Source: an uncultured virus (IMG/VR IMGVR_UViG_3300046718_000884)
Lineage: Duplodnaviria > Heunggongvirae > Uroviricota > Caudoviricetes
Length of the DNA: 20,000 bases
IMG/VR virus record: IMGVR_UViG_3300046718_000884
Reading direction: 5' to 3' (one strand)
The notes below the pieces were generated by a model. The model was not told the origin of the DNA, ran no database searches, and saw only the letters and a program-made list of their open reading frames with translations. Numbering within the stretch: the stretch's first letter is position 1; the number at the start of each line of letters is the position of its first letter. Shown here in pieces: positions 1 through 8,088 of this stretch. The translations under genes and the position numbers were made by a program.

Positions 1-1
1 A

Positions 2-340
2 GCGGCGCTGCTGCGCCACGTCACTGGCAAGCGCTCGATCAAGGGCACCAGCCACTGGTCGGTGCGCCGGGCGCTGGCGCTCTGCGGTATCGACACGCTG
101 CCAAACGCGCGGGGCGACTTCCGCCCGACCCTGGCGCGCTGGCACCGCTGGGCACGTGAGGCCGGCCTGTTCGCCGATGACGCGGTCTGGCTGCTCGTCG
201 CCGGCAACCACTGGCAGGCGGTCACCGCCCGCCGCTACGTGTGCGGCAGGATCGGCGAGATCGTGTCGATCCGCGACGAGCGGGTGAAGCGGCGCGCCAG
301 GGTGGACGCCGCCTACCGGGTGACGCTGCTCCCGGCGTGA
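2..340 (+). CDS. Phage hypothetical protein, 5' end outside window (possibly papain/C39 peptidase-like)
   Basis: The frame of ORF 62..340 stays open to the window edge (AALLRHVTGKRSIKGTSHWSVRRAL...). Has a WLLVAGNHWQ strand-His motif and is followed by a terminator. Confidence 0.7.
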   Translation, partial: AALLRHVTGKRSIKGTSHWSVRRALALCGIDTLPNARGDFRPTLARWHRWAREAGLFADDAVWLLVAGNHWQAVTARRYVCGRIGEIVSIRDERVKRRARVDAAYRVTLLPA

Positions 341-346
341 CGGCAT

Positions 347-379
347 GGGGCGATCCTTCGGGGTCGCCCCTTTTCTTTT
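347..379 (+). terminator. Rho-independent terminator
   Basis: GGGGCGATCC-TTCG-GGGTCGCCCC hairpin (cUUCGg loop) followed by TTTTCTTTT. Confidence 0.92.
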
Positions 380-389
380 GGAGAAACTC

Positions 390-420
390 TCTTGACATCT
401 TTTGTCAAGATGATTATATC
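390..420 (+). promoter_or_regulatory. Promoter/operator copy 1
   Basis: TCTTGAC-atctttt-GTCAAGA (390-410). TTGACA 392-397, 17 bp spacer, TATATC 415-420. Confidence 0.85.
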
Positions 421-447
421 TCCTGAAGACAACGGAAGACCCCACCA

Positions 448-642
448 ATGACCACCAAGCCCCAATTGACCACGGCCCAGAAGAAGGCCCTGGCCGCCTA
501 CAACTTCCGACTGAGGGAAGAAGATCGATACCTCGGCTCGGTGTTCGTGACCCCTACGGGTCAGCGGCAGGTCGAGGCCAAGACGAAGGCCGCCTACGAC
601 GCGTGCATCAAGCTCGACATGAGCTGGCAGCACGGACTCTGA
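448..642 (+). CDS. Small phage hypothetical protein (64 aa)
   Basis: First ORF after promoter 1; GC3-rich codons. Confidence 0.75.
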   Translation: MTTKPQLTTAQKKALAAYNFRLREEDRYLGSVFVTPTGQRQVEAKTKAAYDACIKLDMSWQHGL

Positions 643-663
643 CAACCCCAAGGAGACCTACGA

Positions 664-882
664 ATGACGACCCCTACCACCATCGTGGTCCGCTACCGGT
701 CGATCGATCGGTTCAGCAAGACCCGAACCTTCAAGACCCTGGCCGGCGCGCAGACATATGCCCAGCGCTGGGTCGGTGAGTATCCCTCGCTGGGCGGGGG
801 CTACGCGGTCAGCGACGACGGCGTCGGCAAGATCACCGTGACGGGCGCCAGCCTGCGCGACCTCTTCCCGGGAGCGGAGTAA
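664..882 (+). CDS. Small phage hypothetical protein (72 aa)
   Basis: AAGGAG SD at 650-655; lies in the small-gene cluster. Confidence 0.8.
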   Translation: MTTPTTIVVRYRSIDRFSKTRTFKTLAGAQTYAQRWVGEYPSLGGGYAVSDDGVGKITVTGASLRDLFPGAE

Positions 883-889
883 CAACCCC

Positions 890-1228
890 ATGAACGTCAA
901 ACAGAGACAGAACATCGAGCGGAGGATCGTCCGTAAGATCGTCACCGACGCGGTCGGCGCCGGCTACACCATCAGCGTGTTCGACTGTGAGGAGTGGACC
1001 GTCAAGCGCTCGCAGGACATCACCAAGATCATGCGCGCGATCATGACCACCGACGACGACACGCTGGCGTTCCGCGACGCGGACGGGACCCCGGTCGGCA
1101 AGGTTTGGTTGGTGTACGGAAATGACGGTTATGACGTCGTTTGCGACTACACCGCCAATGAGAAGACCGAAACCCTGCTGGCCGGGGCGCTCGCCCTGGC
1201 CGGGAAGCTTGAGGAGCAATACGGATGA
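890..1228 (+). CDS. Phage hypothetical protein (112 aa)
   Basis: GGAG SD overlapping the previous stop. Contains the WLVYGNDGYDVVCDYT motif typical of small early phage proteins. Confidence 0.82.
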   Translation: MNVKQRQNIERRIVRKIVTDAVGAGYTISVFDCEEWTVKRSQDITKIMRAIMTTDDDTLAFRDADGTPVGKVWLVYGNDGYDVVCDYTANEKTETLLAGALALAGKLEEQYG

Positions 1229-1575
1229 CCAACCCCATGCACTGGACCAATGTCGGCAAGACCAACATGGTCGCCCAGGACGACCTGGGCGCCTTCCAGG
1301 CGCGGCTGCAGGCCAAGCTGACCGAGTGGCACGTGCTGTGCCAGCACGTCGGCCCCCCGCCGGAGGTCAGCATCGAGCCGGGCACCAAGTACGCCAGGAT
1401 CGTGGTCACCAGCCTCGGCCCCCAGCGGTCAGCCTACGGCTTCATCGACCTGACCACCGGCGACCTGCTGAAGGCCGATGGCTGGAAGAAGCCCGCCAAG
1501 CACGCCAGGGGCAACATCTACGGCGAGAACCCGCTGGCCGGCTGCGACCAGTATGGCATGCAGTATTTGCGGTAA
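1225..1575 (+). CDS. Conserved phage hypothetical protein (DUF7717-like, from recollection)
   Basis: ATGA overlap with the upstream gene; motif KYARIV...FID..TGDLLKADGWKKPAKHARGNI. Confidence 0.8.
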   Translation: MTNPMHWTNVGKTNMVAQDDLGAFQARLQAKLTEWHVLCQHVGPPPEVSIEPGTKYARIVVTSLGPQRSAYGFIDLTTGDLLKADGWKKPAKHARGNIYGENPLAGCDQYGMQYLR

Positions 1576-1579
1576 ACTC

Positions 1580-1610
1580 TCTTGACATCTCTGGTCAAGA
1601 TGGTTATATT
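1580..1610 (+). promoter_or_regulatory. Promoter/operator copy 2
   Basis: TCTTGAC-atctctg-GTCAAGA (1580-1600). TTGACA 1582-1587, 17 bp spacer, TATATT 1605-1610. Confidence 0.88.
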
Positions 1611-1616
1611 CCCGAT

Positions 1617-1805
1617 GCGGCCCGGAAGGAGTGGCCGCGCCATGACTGACTTTCTCGCCTTGGTGACCACGAAAGAGTTCTTGCTGTTCGTGGCCACCGC
1701 ATTCTCTTCCCTCAGGCTGGCACTCGGCCTGAGCGGACTGAAGCAGTCCCACGGTTTGCTGTTCGCCTGGACAACCAGCGTCGTCTCGCACGTCGTGTGA
1801 CGAAC
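1617..1805 (+). other. Densely structured transcript segment; also contains a 52-aa hydrophobic ORF (1642-1800)
   Basis: Five or more consecutive hairpins begin at the expected TSS of promoter 2. An AAGGAG SD lies in the loop of the first hairpin. Confidence 0.45.
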
Positions 1806-1831
1806 CTCCACCCTAACGAAAGCTGAATGAC

Positions 1832-2017
1832 ATGAGCAAGATCATCAACGGCATCACCCAGCTATTCCCCGGTAAGACCATCACCACCGTGTGCTACGGC
1901 ACCAACATCGACGGACACCCGTTCGTGCTGGTCGCCACGTCCGATGGTGACATCGTCACGCTCGCCGCTGGCGGGCAGGCGGTCGATCCCGAATTTCACC
2001 TGACGGAGGAGGCGTAG
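1832..2017 (+). CDS. Small hypothetical protein (61 aa)
   Basis: ORF in the cluster with GC3-rich codons. Confidence 0.7.
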   Translation: MSKIINGITQLFPGKTITTVCYGTNIDGHPFVLVATSDGDIVTLAAGGQAVDPEFHLTEEA

Positions 2018-2020
2018 GCC

Positions 2021-2218
2021 GTGACCAAGAAGTTTCCCGCGACCCAGTATTCGCCTGACCGGTCGCTCGCGCTGGTCCCCCGGCACAACCCTGACGGCAA
2101 CATCTGGTGGACCCTGCATGTCAGGTCACCGAAGAGCCAGGACTATGTCGCGGTCCAGGGCGGCACCACCGCCTATTGGATGATCGACCTGGGCTTCAAC
2201 CCCTACGCAACGGAGTAA
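2021..2218 (+). CDS. Small hypothetical protein (65 aa)
   Basis: GGAGG SD before a GTG start. Confidence 0.72.
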   Translation: MTKKFPATQYSPDRSLALVPRHNPDGNIWWTLHVRSPKSQDYVAVQGGTTAYWMIDLGFNPYATE

Positions 2219-2223
2219 CCAAC

Positions 2224-2412
2224 ATGGGTAAATTCACCCTGACGATCGACACCGACAACGCTGCCTTCGCCGAGATGGGCGCGCTCTCCGAGGTCGCGAG
2301 GATCTTGCGGGAACTGTCCGATGATCTCGGCGACGACGAGGCCGTCGGCGGAAACCTCTACGACTACAACGGCAACAAGGTTGGTCGGTGGACCAACAAA
2401 GGGAGCAAGTGA
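2224..2412 (+). CDS. Small phage hypothetical protein (62 aa, MGKFTLTIDTDNAAF...)
   Basis: GGAG SD at 2212-2215, ATG at 2224. Motif I.TDNAAF...EVARIL...DYNGNKVG.W is common in phage small genes. Confidence 0.8.
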   Translation: MGKFTLTIDTDNAAFAEMGALSEVARILRELSDDLGDDEAVGGNLYDYNGNKVGRWTNKGSK

Positions 2413-2413
2413 C

Positions 2414-2635
2414 ATGGCCAAGCAACCGACCGCCAAGCAGATCGAGACGGCAAAGCGGAAGCTGGTCGAGCAGATCTACTACAAGAATTGCAGCGGCATG
2501 CAGATCAGCGTCCTGAAGATCGGTGCGTTGTTCAAGCTGGCCGGCAAGATGCTGGACGAGGGCGCCGAGCTGCCGGCGATCGTCAACGCGATGTGGGGGT
2601 TCGCCGAGAACCCCGAGGCCCGGGTCACGGGGTGA
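2414..2635 (+). CDS. Small hypothetical protein (73 aa, MAKQPTAK...)
   Basis: GGGAG SD; the ATG follows 1 nt after the previous stop. Confidence 0.75.
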   Translation: MAKQPTAKQIETAKRKLVEQIYYKNCSGMQISVLKIGALFKLAGKMLDEGAELPAIVNAMWGFAENPEARVTG

Positions 2636-2697
2636 CCCAAGGTCGCCCCTCCACTTCAGACGGAGTAACCTTCGTCGCCTCGAAAGGAGGTGACACT

Positions 2698-2934
2698 ATG
2701 CCCATCGATACCGCGACCCCGTTCTATGCGAACCTTGATGGTCTGCCAGTGCGGGGCAATTACAGCGAGGCGTGGATCTACGCCGACAACAAATGGCAGA
2801 AGACCCACCCCGCCGAGATCAACCACAATGCCCATGTTATGACTCAGGCAGCTTTCGCCGAGATGTTCGGCGAGCTGCCCGATCTGCCAAGTGCGGCGTT
2901 CCATTCCGGTGACAAACTATCCAGCACCGGGTGA
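2698..2934 (+). CDS. Small protein (78 aa), candidate immunity/antitoxin for the convergent RelA/SpoT-like gene
   Basis: Very strong SD AAAGGAGGTGA (2683-2693). Overlaps the 3' end of the minus-strand gene by 91 bp. Function is inference. Confidence 0.7.
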   Translation: MPIDTATPFYANLDGLPVRGNYSEAWIYADNKWQKTHPAEINHNAHVMTQAAFAEMFGELPDLPSAAFHSGDKLSSTG

Positions 2935-3662
2935 TAGAGCGCCATCATCGCTTCAGCCTCGCGCTTGTGCCCCGCGACATCATCCGCCGCCAGTGCCTGG
3001 GCCGCTTGGTAGTGCTTATGGCCGCCCTTCACCTCTTTGGCCTCCAGCATGTCAGGGTGCCATATCTGCACCTCGCCCATCTGGCCGTTGGGGAACTTCA
3101 CCATCAGCTTGCGATCGAAATAGCCGACCGGTGTGGTTGCCCATCCCTCATCAGCGATCGGGAACCGCTTGGCGAACTCTTTGACGATCGCCTCGGCCTG
3201 CTCGGGCTTGGTGACGTTGAACCCGATGCGGGCCGCGTCGGTGATCCTGGCGGGCGTGCGGCCAGGGCGCGCCAGCTTCTCGGCCAGACGTTTGCGCTTC
3301 TTGGCGCCCGGGTTCTTCAATTCGGCGCCGCTCATCTTGCCGATCTCCTCGCCGGCCTTGCCCAGCAGGCCCTGGTTCGTCACAGATGATTCCATCAGGG
3401 CGTCCAGCGTCTTGCAGCATTCTGCCGCCGCCGTGACCCGGTCGCGCCATTCGGTGGCTGCCTTGGGGCCGTGCGCGACGACCCCCGGTTTATCCTCCCC
3501 GCCGCCGCCCTTGGGAGCCTCGCCAGCGGCCTTGCCACCACCGCCGCTACTGGTCCACTCCCCCTTGGGATCGCGCGCCTCAGAGGGGTCGTAGGCGTCG
3601 CGCGCGTAGTTCCTCGACCCGAACAGGATGTCGCGACCCATGCGCGCGCCATACAGTGTCAT
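2844..3662 (-). CDS. RelA/SpoT-like nucleotidyltransferase (small alarmone synthetase-like) with N-terminal DAYDPSEARDPKGEW tag
   Basis: Ordered motifs K..R..EK, ITDAARI, GYFDRKL and GEVQIW parallel the RelA SYNTH domain motifs. Start is likely 3662 or 3641; the listed 3713 start runs through the operator. Confidence 0.78.
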   Translation of the reverse strand: MTLYGARMGRDILFGSRNYARDAYDPSEARDPKGEWTSSGGGGKAAGEAPKGGGGEDKPGVVAHGPKAATEWRDRVTAAAECCKTLDALMESSVTNQGLLGKAGEEIGKMSGAELKNPGAKKRKRLAEKLARPGRTPARITDAARIGFNVTKPEQAEAIVKEFAKRFPIADEGWATTPVGYFDRKLMVKFPNGQMGEVQIWHPDMLEAKEVKGGHKHYQAAQALAADDVAGHKREAEAMMALYHPVLDSLSPEWNAALGRSGSSPNISAKAA

Positions 3663-3673
3663 TGGCAAAATCC

Positions 3674-3694
3674 TCTTGACATCTCGGGTCAGGA
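3674..3694. promoter_or_regulatory. Operator copy 3 between divergent genes
   Basis: TCTTGAC-atctcgg-GTCAGGA; no good -10 box downstream on the plus strand. Confidence 0.8.
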
Positions 3695-3733
3695 TGGTGT
3701 CCAGCTTCGCCACTAAGATAGGGGATAAACACG

Positions 3734-5059
3734 ATGTCTGATCCGGTTACCCGCAAGGAGTTCGATGAATTGGAAGCCCGCGTGGCGGCGCTGGAGGAGG
3801 CGATGGATATCTCCGAGCCGGAGCCGGTGCCGCCGGACCCGACCGAGGGCATCCAGGCCAAACGCGTTGTCGACCTGATCGAGCGGTTCGGGGTGAACAC
3901 GTTCAGCTCGATGGACGCGCACAATGCCTGGGGCAGTTGGCCGGCGGATTATTCACCACCGTCCACCATCGCGGCGTTGAAGTATCTCGTCGGCGACAGC
4001 GGGTTCACCCTGGGCGTTCGCGAGTATCACTATGCCGGTCGCTACGACATGCAGAAGCAGTGGTTTGCGGCGATCCTGACGGAGTTCCCCAGCACGCGGT
4101 TCACCGTCTGCCCTGGCGCCAATGCCAGCGTCGCCGATGTGCCCACCATGCTGCAGTTACCGCACACCTGGGTCGAGGGATTGAACGAGCCGAACACCGA
4201 CTTCGGTTCCGGCGAGGTGCCGTTTGAGACGACCCTCGCCATTCAGGATGCCATCATCGCTGGCGAAGATCATGGCATCATGGGTCCGTCGATCGTGGCG
4301 GGCACACCGCATCCCGAAGGCTGGATAACGGGTTACTGCGGGACACCCGAGAACCTCGCGACGCTCAACGAAAAGCTGGATCTCGGCAACGGACACTATT
4401 ACCCGCCCGCGTCGCCCGACGTGCCCGGCACCGGTTATTCGGTGAACGAGTATGTGGGCGGGCTGTGGAGTGTCTACGGACATGATCTGATCCACCTGAC
4501 CGAGTTCCATCCCACGTTATACAACGCGCGGGGTTTCAAGCCCGACCAGCTCGGCTGGGACGGCGAACGCGACGCGTATTACACACTATGCACGTGGCTG
4601 CGTTGTGCGCAGAACGGCACGCAGGGGCTGTGGTGGTATGCGTTATTCGACTACGGCACCGTCTACAAGTGTGGCCTGTTCCCGCAGAAATACGCCAACG
4701 ATCCACGACCGGCGGCCACGGCGATCCGCAACCTCTGCACGATCTGCGCTGATAAGGGCGACCGGCATGGTTTCGTGCCCGGTGTGCTGGGTATGGAGGT
4801 CACCGGGCTGACCGATGCGATGGACTACGACGTGTATCAGGCGAGCGACGGGCGGTATCTAGTACCAGTGTGGCACGCTGCCGAGGAACTCGGGCAGGGC
4901 GATGCGGTGGCAGTAACTTTCGTATTCGGCACGCCCGTGAAAAGCATCAACCTGTACAACCCGCTCGTCGGTGCCGCTCCGGTCGAGACGCGCCACGACG
5001 TCACGCATACGACGATCGCTATGTCGCCGGATGTGATCGTGTTGGAGATCCATCCGTAA
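3734..5059 (+). CDS. Putative glycoside hydrolase, clan GH-A TIM barrel with C-terminal beta domain
   Basis: FGVNT, EGLNEP (acid/base), HYYP, LTEFH (nucleophile) and WWYALFD motifs in GH-A order. Short N-terminal coiled coil and Pro linker. Confidence 0.72.
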   Translation: MSDPVTRKEFDELEARVAALEEAMDISEPEPVPPDPTEGIQAKRVVDLIERFGVNTFSSMDAHNAWGSWPADYSPPSTIAALKYLVGDSGFTLGVREYHYAGRYDMQKQWFAAILTEFPSTRFTVCPGANASVADVPTMLQLPHTWVEGLNEPNTDFGSGEVPFETTLAIQDAIIAGEDHGIMGPSIVAGTPHPEGWITGYCGTPENLATLNEKLDLGNGHYYPPASPDVPGTGYSVNEYVGGLWSVYGHDLIHLTEFHPTLYNARGFKPDQLGWDGERDAYYTLCTWLRCAQNGTQGLWWYALFDYGTVYKCGLFPQKYANDPRPAATAIRNLCTICADKGDRHGFVPGVLGMEVTGLTDAMDYDVYQASDGRYLVPVWHAAEELGQGDAVAVTFVFGTPVKSINLYNPLVGAAPVETRHDVTHTTIAMSPDVIVLEIHP

Positions 5060-5065
5060 AGGGAA

Positions 5066-5278
5066 ATGACGATGACCAAGATTCGGCGTCCGGCATTCAC
5101 GCACTGTATCCAACATAAGTCTGAGACAGACATCCGCGTGCTATACGGCAATAGGATCATCAGCCGGCACTCGACAGTCGAAGCCGCACGGCTTGCCCTG
5201 GATGCCATCTTCGCAAGTCGAGCGCTAGACCCTACCTCCGATAATCGACGTTGCCGAAAGAACGTGGCCGATGGCTGA
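5066..5278 (+). CDS. Hypothetical protein (70 aa)
   Basis: AAGGGA upstream; fills the gap between genes; codon usage is atypical. Confidence 0.5.
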   Translation: MTMTKIRRPAFTHCIQHKSETDIRVLYGNRIISRHSTVEAARLALDAIFASRALDPTSDNRRCRKNVADG

Positions 5279-5441
5279 CGAGATTGAAGCGCGCGAGGTC
5301 TTTCGCGTGGAAGTGCGCGAGGGGCATCATGTCCGGGTAGTCGTATCCGGCGAGATAGACGAGGGCCTGCTGGCCGGCCTGGAAGATTTCATCGCGTGGC
5401 GGCGGCGGCTGGCGGCAGACGTTCCTACCCGCGACCCATGA
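5271..5441 (+). CDS. Hypothetical protein (56 aa, MADEIEAREVFRVEV...), below the ORF-track cutoff
   Basis: Translated by hand; its TGA overlaps the next ATG (ATGA at 5438-5441). Confidence 0.6.
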   Translation: MADEIEAREVFRVEVREGHHVRVVVSGEIDEGLLAGLEDFIAWRRRLAADVPTRDP

Positions 5442-5677
5442 TCGACGTCACCGCCGTCATCCTGATCGGCCTGAGCGCCATCGCCATCGGGCTGTCGGTC
5501 GGCTTGCTTTGGCGCGAGATGATCCGCATAGACCGGTGGCTGACCAAGCTGGAGCTGGACGTGCGGCGCCTGGAGCGGTCGCCCGGGGTGGCGCAGCGAG
5601 AGTTTGATCTGGACCAGCTCATGGAACGCGCCAAGCGGATTGCAGCTCACGGGGTGAACAATGGCGATCACGAATGA
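5438..5677 (+). CDS. Small membrane protein (N-terminal TM helix plus coiled coil)
   Basis: MIDVTAVILIGLSAIAIGLSVGLLW hydrophobic stretch; ATGA coupling. Confidence 0.65.
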   Translation: MIDVTAVILIGLSAIAIGLSVGLLWREMIRIDRWLTKLELDVRRLERSPGVAQREFDLDQLMERAKRIAAHGVNNGDHE

Positions 5678-7448
5678 CGTTACGATCACGGTCAAGGGCA
5701 GCGTCGACTTCACTGGCGAGGTCGATGCCACGTTCGTCGTGTCATTGAGCAGCCCGACACCGCCCACACCCACGCCGACACCGCCCACACCGACGCCGAC
5801 ACCGCCCACACCAACACCCACGCCGACGCCTCTCCCCACACCCACGCCCACGCCACCGCCAGATCCCGGTCCCGGGCCGACCGCCGAGCTGTCGGTCTGC
5901 GTCGAATACAATGACACCGAGTTTTGGTATCACGCCGACGACGGCATCGACCGGGGCGACTGGATCGATCAGCGCGGCGCGTTCGTGCAGAACCGCCTCG
6001 ATGCCACCAATGCCGAGTTGCCGGAATTGCGGGTGCAGTTCCGCTGCGATCGCGACGGCACGCGCGACGAGGTCGTATTTGAGCTGGGTGACACCACGGC
6101 GGGCACCAAGGCCTACAATATGACCAGCTACACTGCGACGATCTACCGAGGCACCGATGTGCTCGCCACGGTGGATGTGCCGGAGCACTATTGGTATTCG
6201 CGCTGGCGCTGGCAATCGAAACCGCGCCCGATCGTTGCGACCACCTTGGAACTACAGGACGCCGACTTGCTGCCGCACTTCGACATGGAGCTGTCAACCA
6301 CACGCCCGCTGTCGCCGACGCGGGTGTACGAACCGATGGGCTTGGCGGGACTGACCGCCTACGTGCCGAGCACCGGCGAGCGCGACGAGATCGGACTGGT
6401 CACAGAGGCGCAAGCAGAATACCTGCGCGGTGACGCGCCGGTGGACTCGCTCATCGCGCAGGCCGAGGCGAGCGGAACCATGCCGTGGCATTATCGCAAT
6501 GAGGACGGCGGCGCGGTGTTCAATTTCATCGAACACCCGCAGGCGACGCTGTATGGGCCGACCATCCCCTGGATCGCCACGCCGATAACGCTCGACGTCG
6601 CGCATGAGCCTGATCTTGGCTACGTGCCGTTCTTGTTGACCGGCGATCCGTATTACTTGGAGGAACTACAATTCGCGGCAACATATAATGTTCTCGCATC
6701 AAATCCACAATCACGCGGCAACTACTGCATCGGGTTCGCGACCCGCGCGCACGCATGGGCGTTGCGCACTTTGGCACACTGCGCGCGTATGACACCCGAC
6801 AACGCACCCGCTTGGGTGCAGCCACGCGCGTATTGGAAGGACTGGCTTGATGGTAATCGCGACTGGATGTTGAACCGCTATGTGCATCCGACAGCGGCAC
6901 CATTCACCGCGTCGCCTTACACGATACTGCACTACATGGCCGATGCGACCAACTCGCCGGGCAGCAGCACGATGCCGGCGGGCACAGTCTCGCAGCAATG
7001 GATGGAAGATTATGAGGCGGCGGTATTAGGCCATGTCGTGGCGATCGGTTACGGCGATTGGCTGCCGATCCTAGAGTGGAAATTGGCCAACAGCATCGCT
7101 CGCACCAATGGCACAAGCGGCTGGGTGCGCGCCAAACCAACGCCATACAACGTCGCGCTGCGTGCAACGGACAAGTCACCCTACGTCCAAAGCTGGCAGG
7201 AGTCGTGGGATCTGAATGTCACGATGCAGCCGGACATCGCAGAGTTCGATGACCCCGACATCATACCGGCTGGCGACTCTTTGGTTTACGCGTCATACAC
7301 AATGTCCGCGCTGGCGATCGCGGCGGCGCTCGGCATCGAAGGAGCAACCGACTGCTACGAATGGCTGCGTTCGCAGCTCGTCGCGAATAGCGATACCAAG
7401 ACCTACGTCGATCGCAAATGGTCTATGGGATCGCTGGATCACGTGTAA
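5661..7448 (+). CDS. 595-aa protein with Pro/Thr linker and probable alpha/alpha-toroid domain, possibly carbohydrate-active
   Basis: PT linker of about 40 aa; motifs DVAHEP..YVPFLLTGDPYYLEELQF and RAHAWALRTLA; aromatic-rich helical C-terminal region. Confidence 0.7.
   Translation: MAITNDVTITVKGSVDFTGEVDATFVVSLSSPTPPTPTPTPPTPTPTPPTPTPTPTPLPTPTPTPPPDPGPGPTAELSVCVEYNDTEFWYHADDGIDRGDWIDQRGAFVQNRLDATNAELPELRVQFRCDRDGTRDEVVFELGDTTAGTKAYNMTSYTATIYRGTDVLATVDVPEHYWYSRWRWQSKPRPIVATTLELQDADLLPHFDMELSTTRPLSPTRVYEPMGLAGLTAYVPSTGERDEIGLVTEAQAEYLRGDAPVDSLIAQAEASGTMPWHYRNEDGGAVFNFIEHPQATLYGPTIPWIATPITLDVAHEPDLGYVPFLLTGDPYYLEELQFAATYNVLASNPQSRGNYCIGFATRAHAWALRTLAHCARMTPDNAPAWVQPRAYWKDWLDGNRDWMLNRYVHPTAAPFTASPYTILHYMADATNSPGSSTMPAGTVSQQWMEDYEAAVLGHVVAIGYGDWLPILEWKLANSIARTNGTSGWVRAKPTPYNVALRATDKSPYVQSWQESWDLNVTMQPDIAEFDDPDIIPAGDSLVYASYTMSALAIAAALGIEGATDCYEWLRSQLVANSDTKTYVDRKWSMGSLDHV
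5754..5816 (+). repeat. Three 21-bp tandem repeats encoding PTPPTPT
   Basis: CCGACACCGCCCACACC(C/G/A)AC(G/A) x3, followed by degenerate PT codons to about 5860. Confidence 0.9.
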
Positions 7449-7537
7449 TGCTGATCTCGCTCGGCCTCGCCGGCTTAGGCGCCGGCGGCATCATGGTGAT
7501 GGCGTTCGTGCTGGTCTATCTGGTCTCCGCGCGCTAG
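7448..7537 (+). CDS. 29-aa single-TM peptide (MLISLGLAGLGAGGIMVMAFVLVYLVSAR)
   Basis: TAATG coupling to the upstream stop; almost entirely hydrophobic. Confidence 0.5.
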   Translation: MLISLGLAGLGAGGIMVMAFVLVYLVSAR

Positions 7538-7557
7538 CTCCCGCGACGAACAAATCT

Positions 7558-7588
7558 TCTTGACGTTTCGCGTCAGGATAATTATGTT
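7558..7588 (+). promoter_or_regulatory. Promoter/operator copy 4
   Basis: TCTTGAC-gtttcgc-GTCAGGA (7558-7578). TTGACG 7560-7565, 17 bp spacer, TATGTT 7583-7588. Confidence 0.82.
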
Positions 7589-7614
7589 CGCTGCAACATA
7601 ATGGAGCACTGACG

Positions 7615-7851
7615 ATGAAAGATCCCACCGAGGCGGCGCGGCGCCGGATGGTCGAGACCGACGCCCCGGCGCGGGATCTGGCCGCCCATACCGGGGAAAC
7701 CTGGAACACCGAGGAGCTGCGCCGGGATTTCGATGTGATATGCTTCCTGGCGCCGTTCGTGCTGGTGCGACGCAAGGCCGACGGCAAGACCGGTGCCTTG
7801 GAGTTCACCCATCGCCCCCGCGTCTACTTCGACTGGCAGGAGGATCGCTGA
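7615..7851 (+). CDS. Conserved phage hypothetical protein (78 aa)
   Basis: GGAG SD; motif W.TEELRRDF.V..FLAPFV.VRRK.DG..G.LEFTH.PRVYF. Confidence 0.82.
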   Translation: MKDPTEAARRRMVETDAPARDLAAHTGETWNTEELRRDFDVICFLAPFVLVRRKADGKTGALEFTHRPRVYFDWQEDR

Positions 7852-8054
7852 TGGCCACGCTGGACGAGGATCACGTCGTCGGCTTGCTGCGCGCCGCCGG
7901 CATGGAGGTCACCCGGGAAAACTGGATCGGCGCGGCCTACGGCGACGAGGTGCCGGACCCTTGGAGCATGGAGGATGAGCTGAGCCTCCCCGAGGAGCTG
8001 CAGGACTGGTCGAAGGTCGCGACGGACGATGACGAAGGGGTAGAGGGTGCCTGA
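7851..8054 (+). CDS. Small acidic protein (67 aa), candidate immunity/DNA mimic for the portal C-terminal domain
   Basis: AGGAGG SD and TGATG coupling; very D/E-rich; convergent with the 3' end of the portal gene. Function is inference. Confidence 0.72.
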   Translation: MATLDEDHVVGLLRAAGMEVTRENWIGAAYGDEVPDPWSMEDELSLPEELQDWSKVATDDDEGVEGA

Positions 8055-8088
8055 CACTTTGATCTATGACGGGCGCGCATAGCTACAT

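Noticed and set aside
5438..5677. Holin or spanin call for the small membrane protein
   Set aside because: No recognisable endolysin or lipoprotein partner nearby, so the call is unsupported.
5327..5917. Minus-strand ORF with GV repeats
   Set aside because: Reverse reading of the PT linker repeat.
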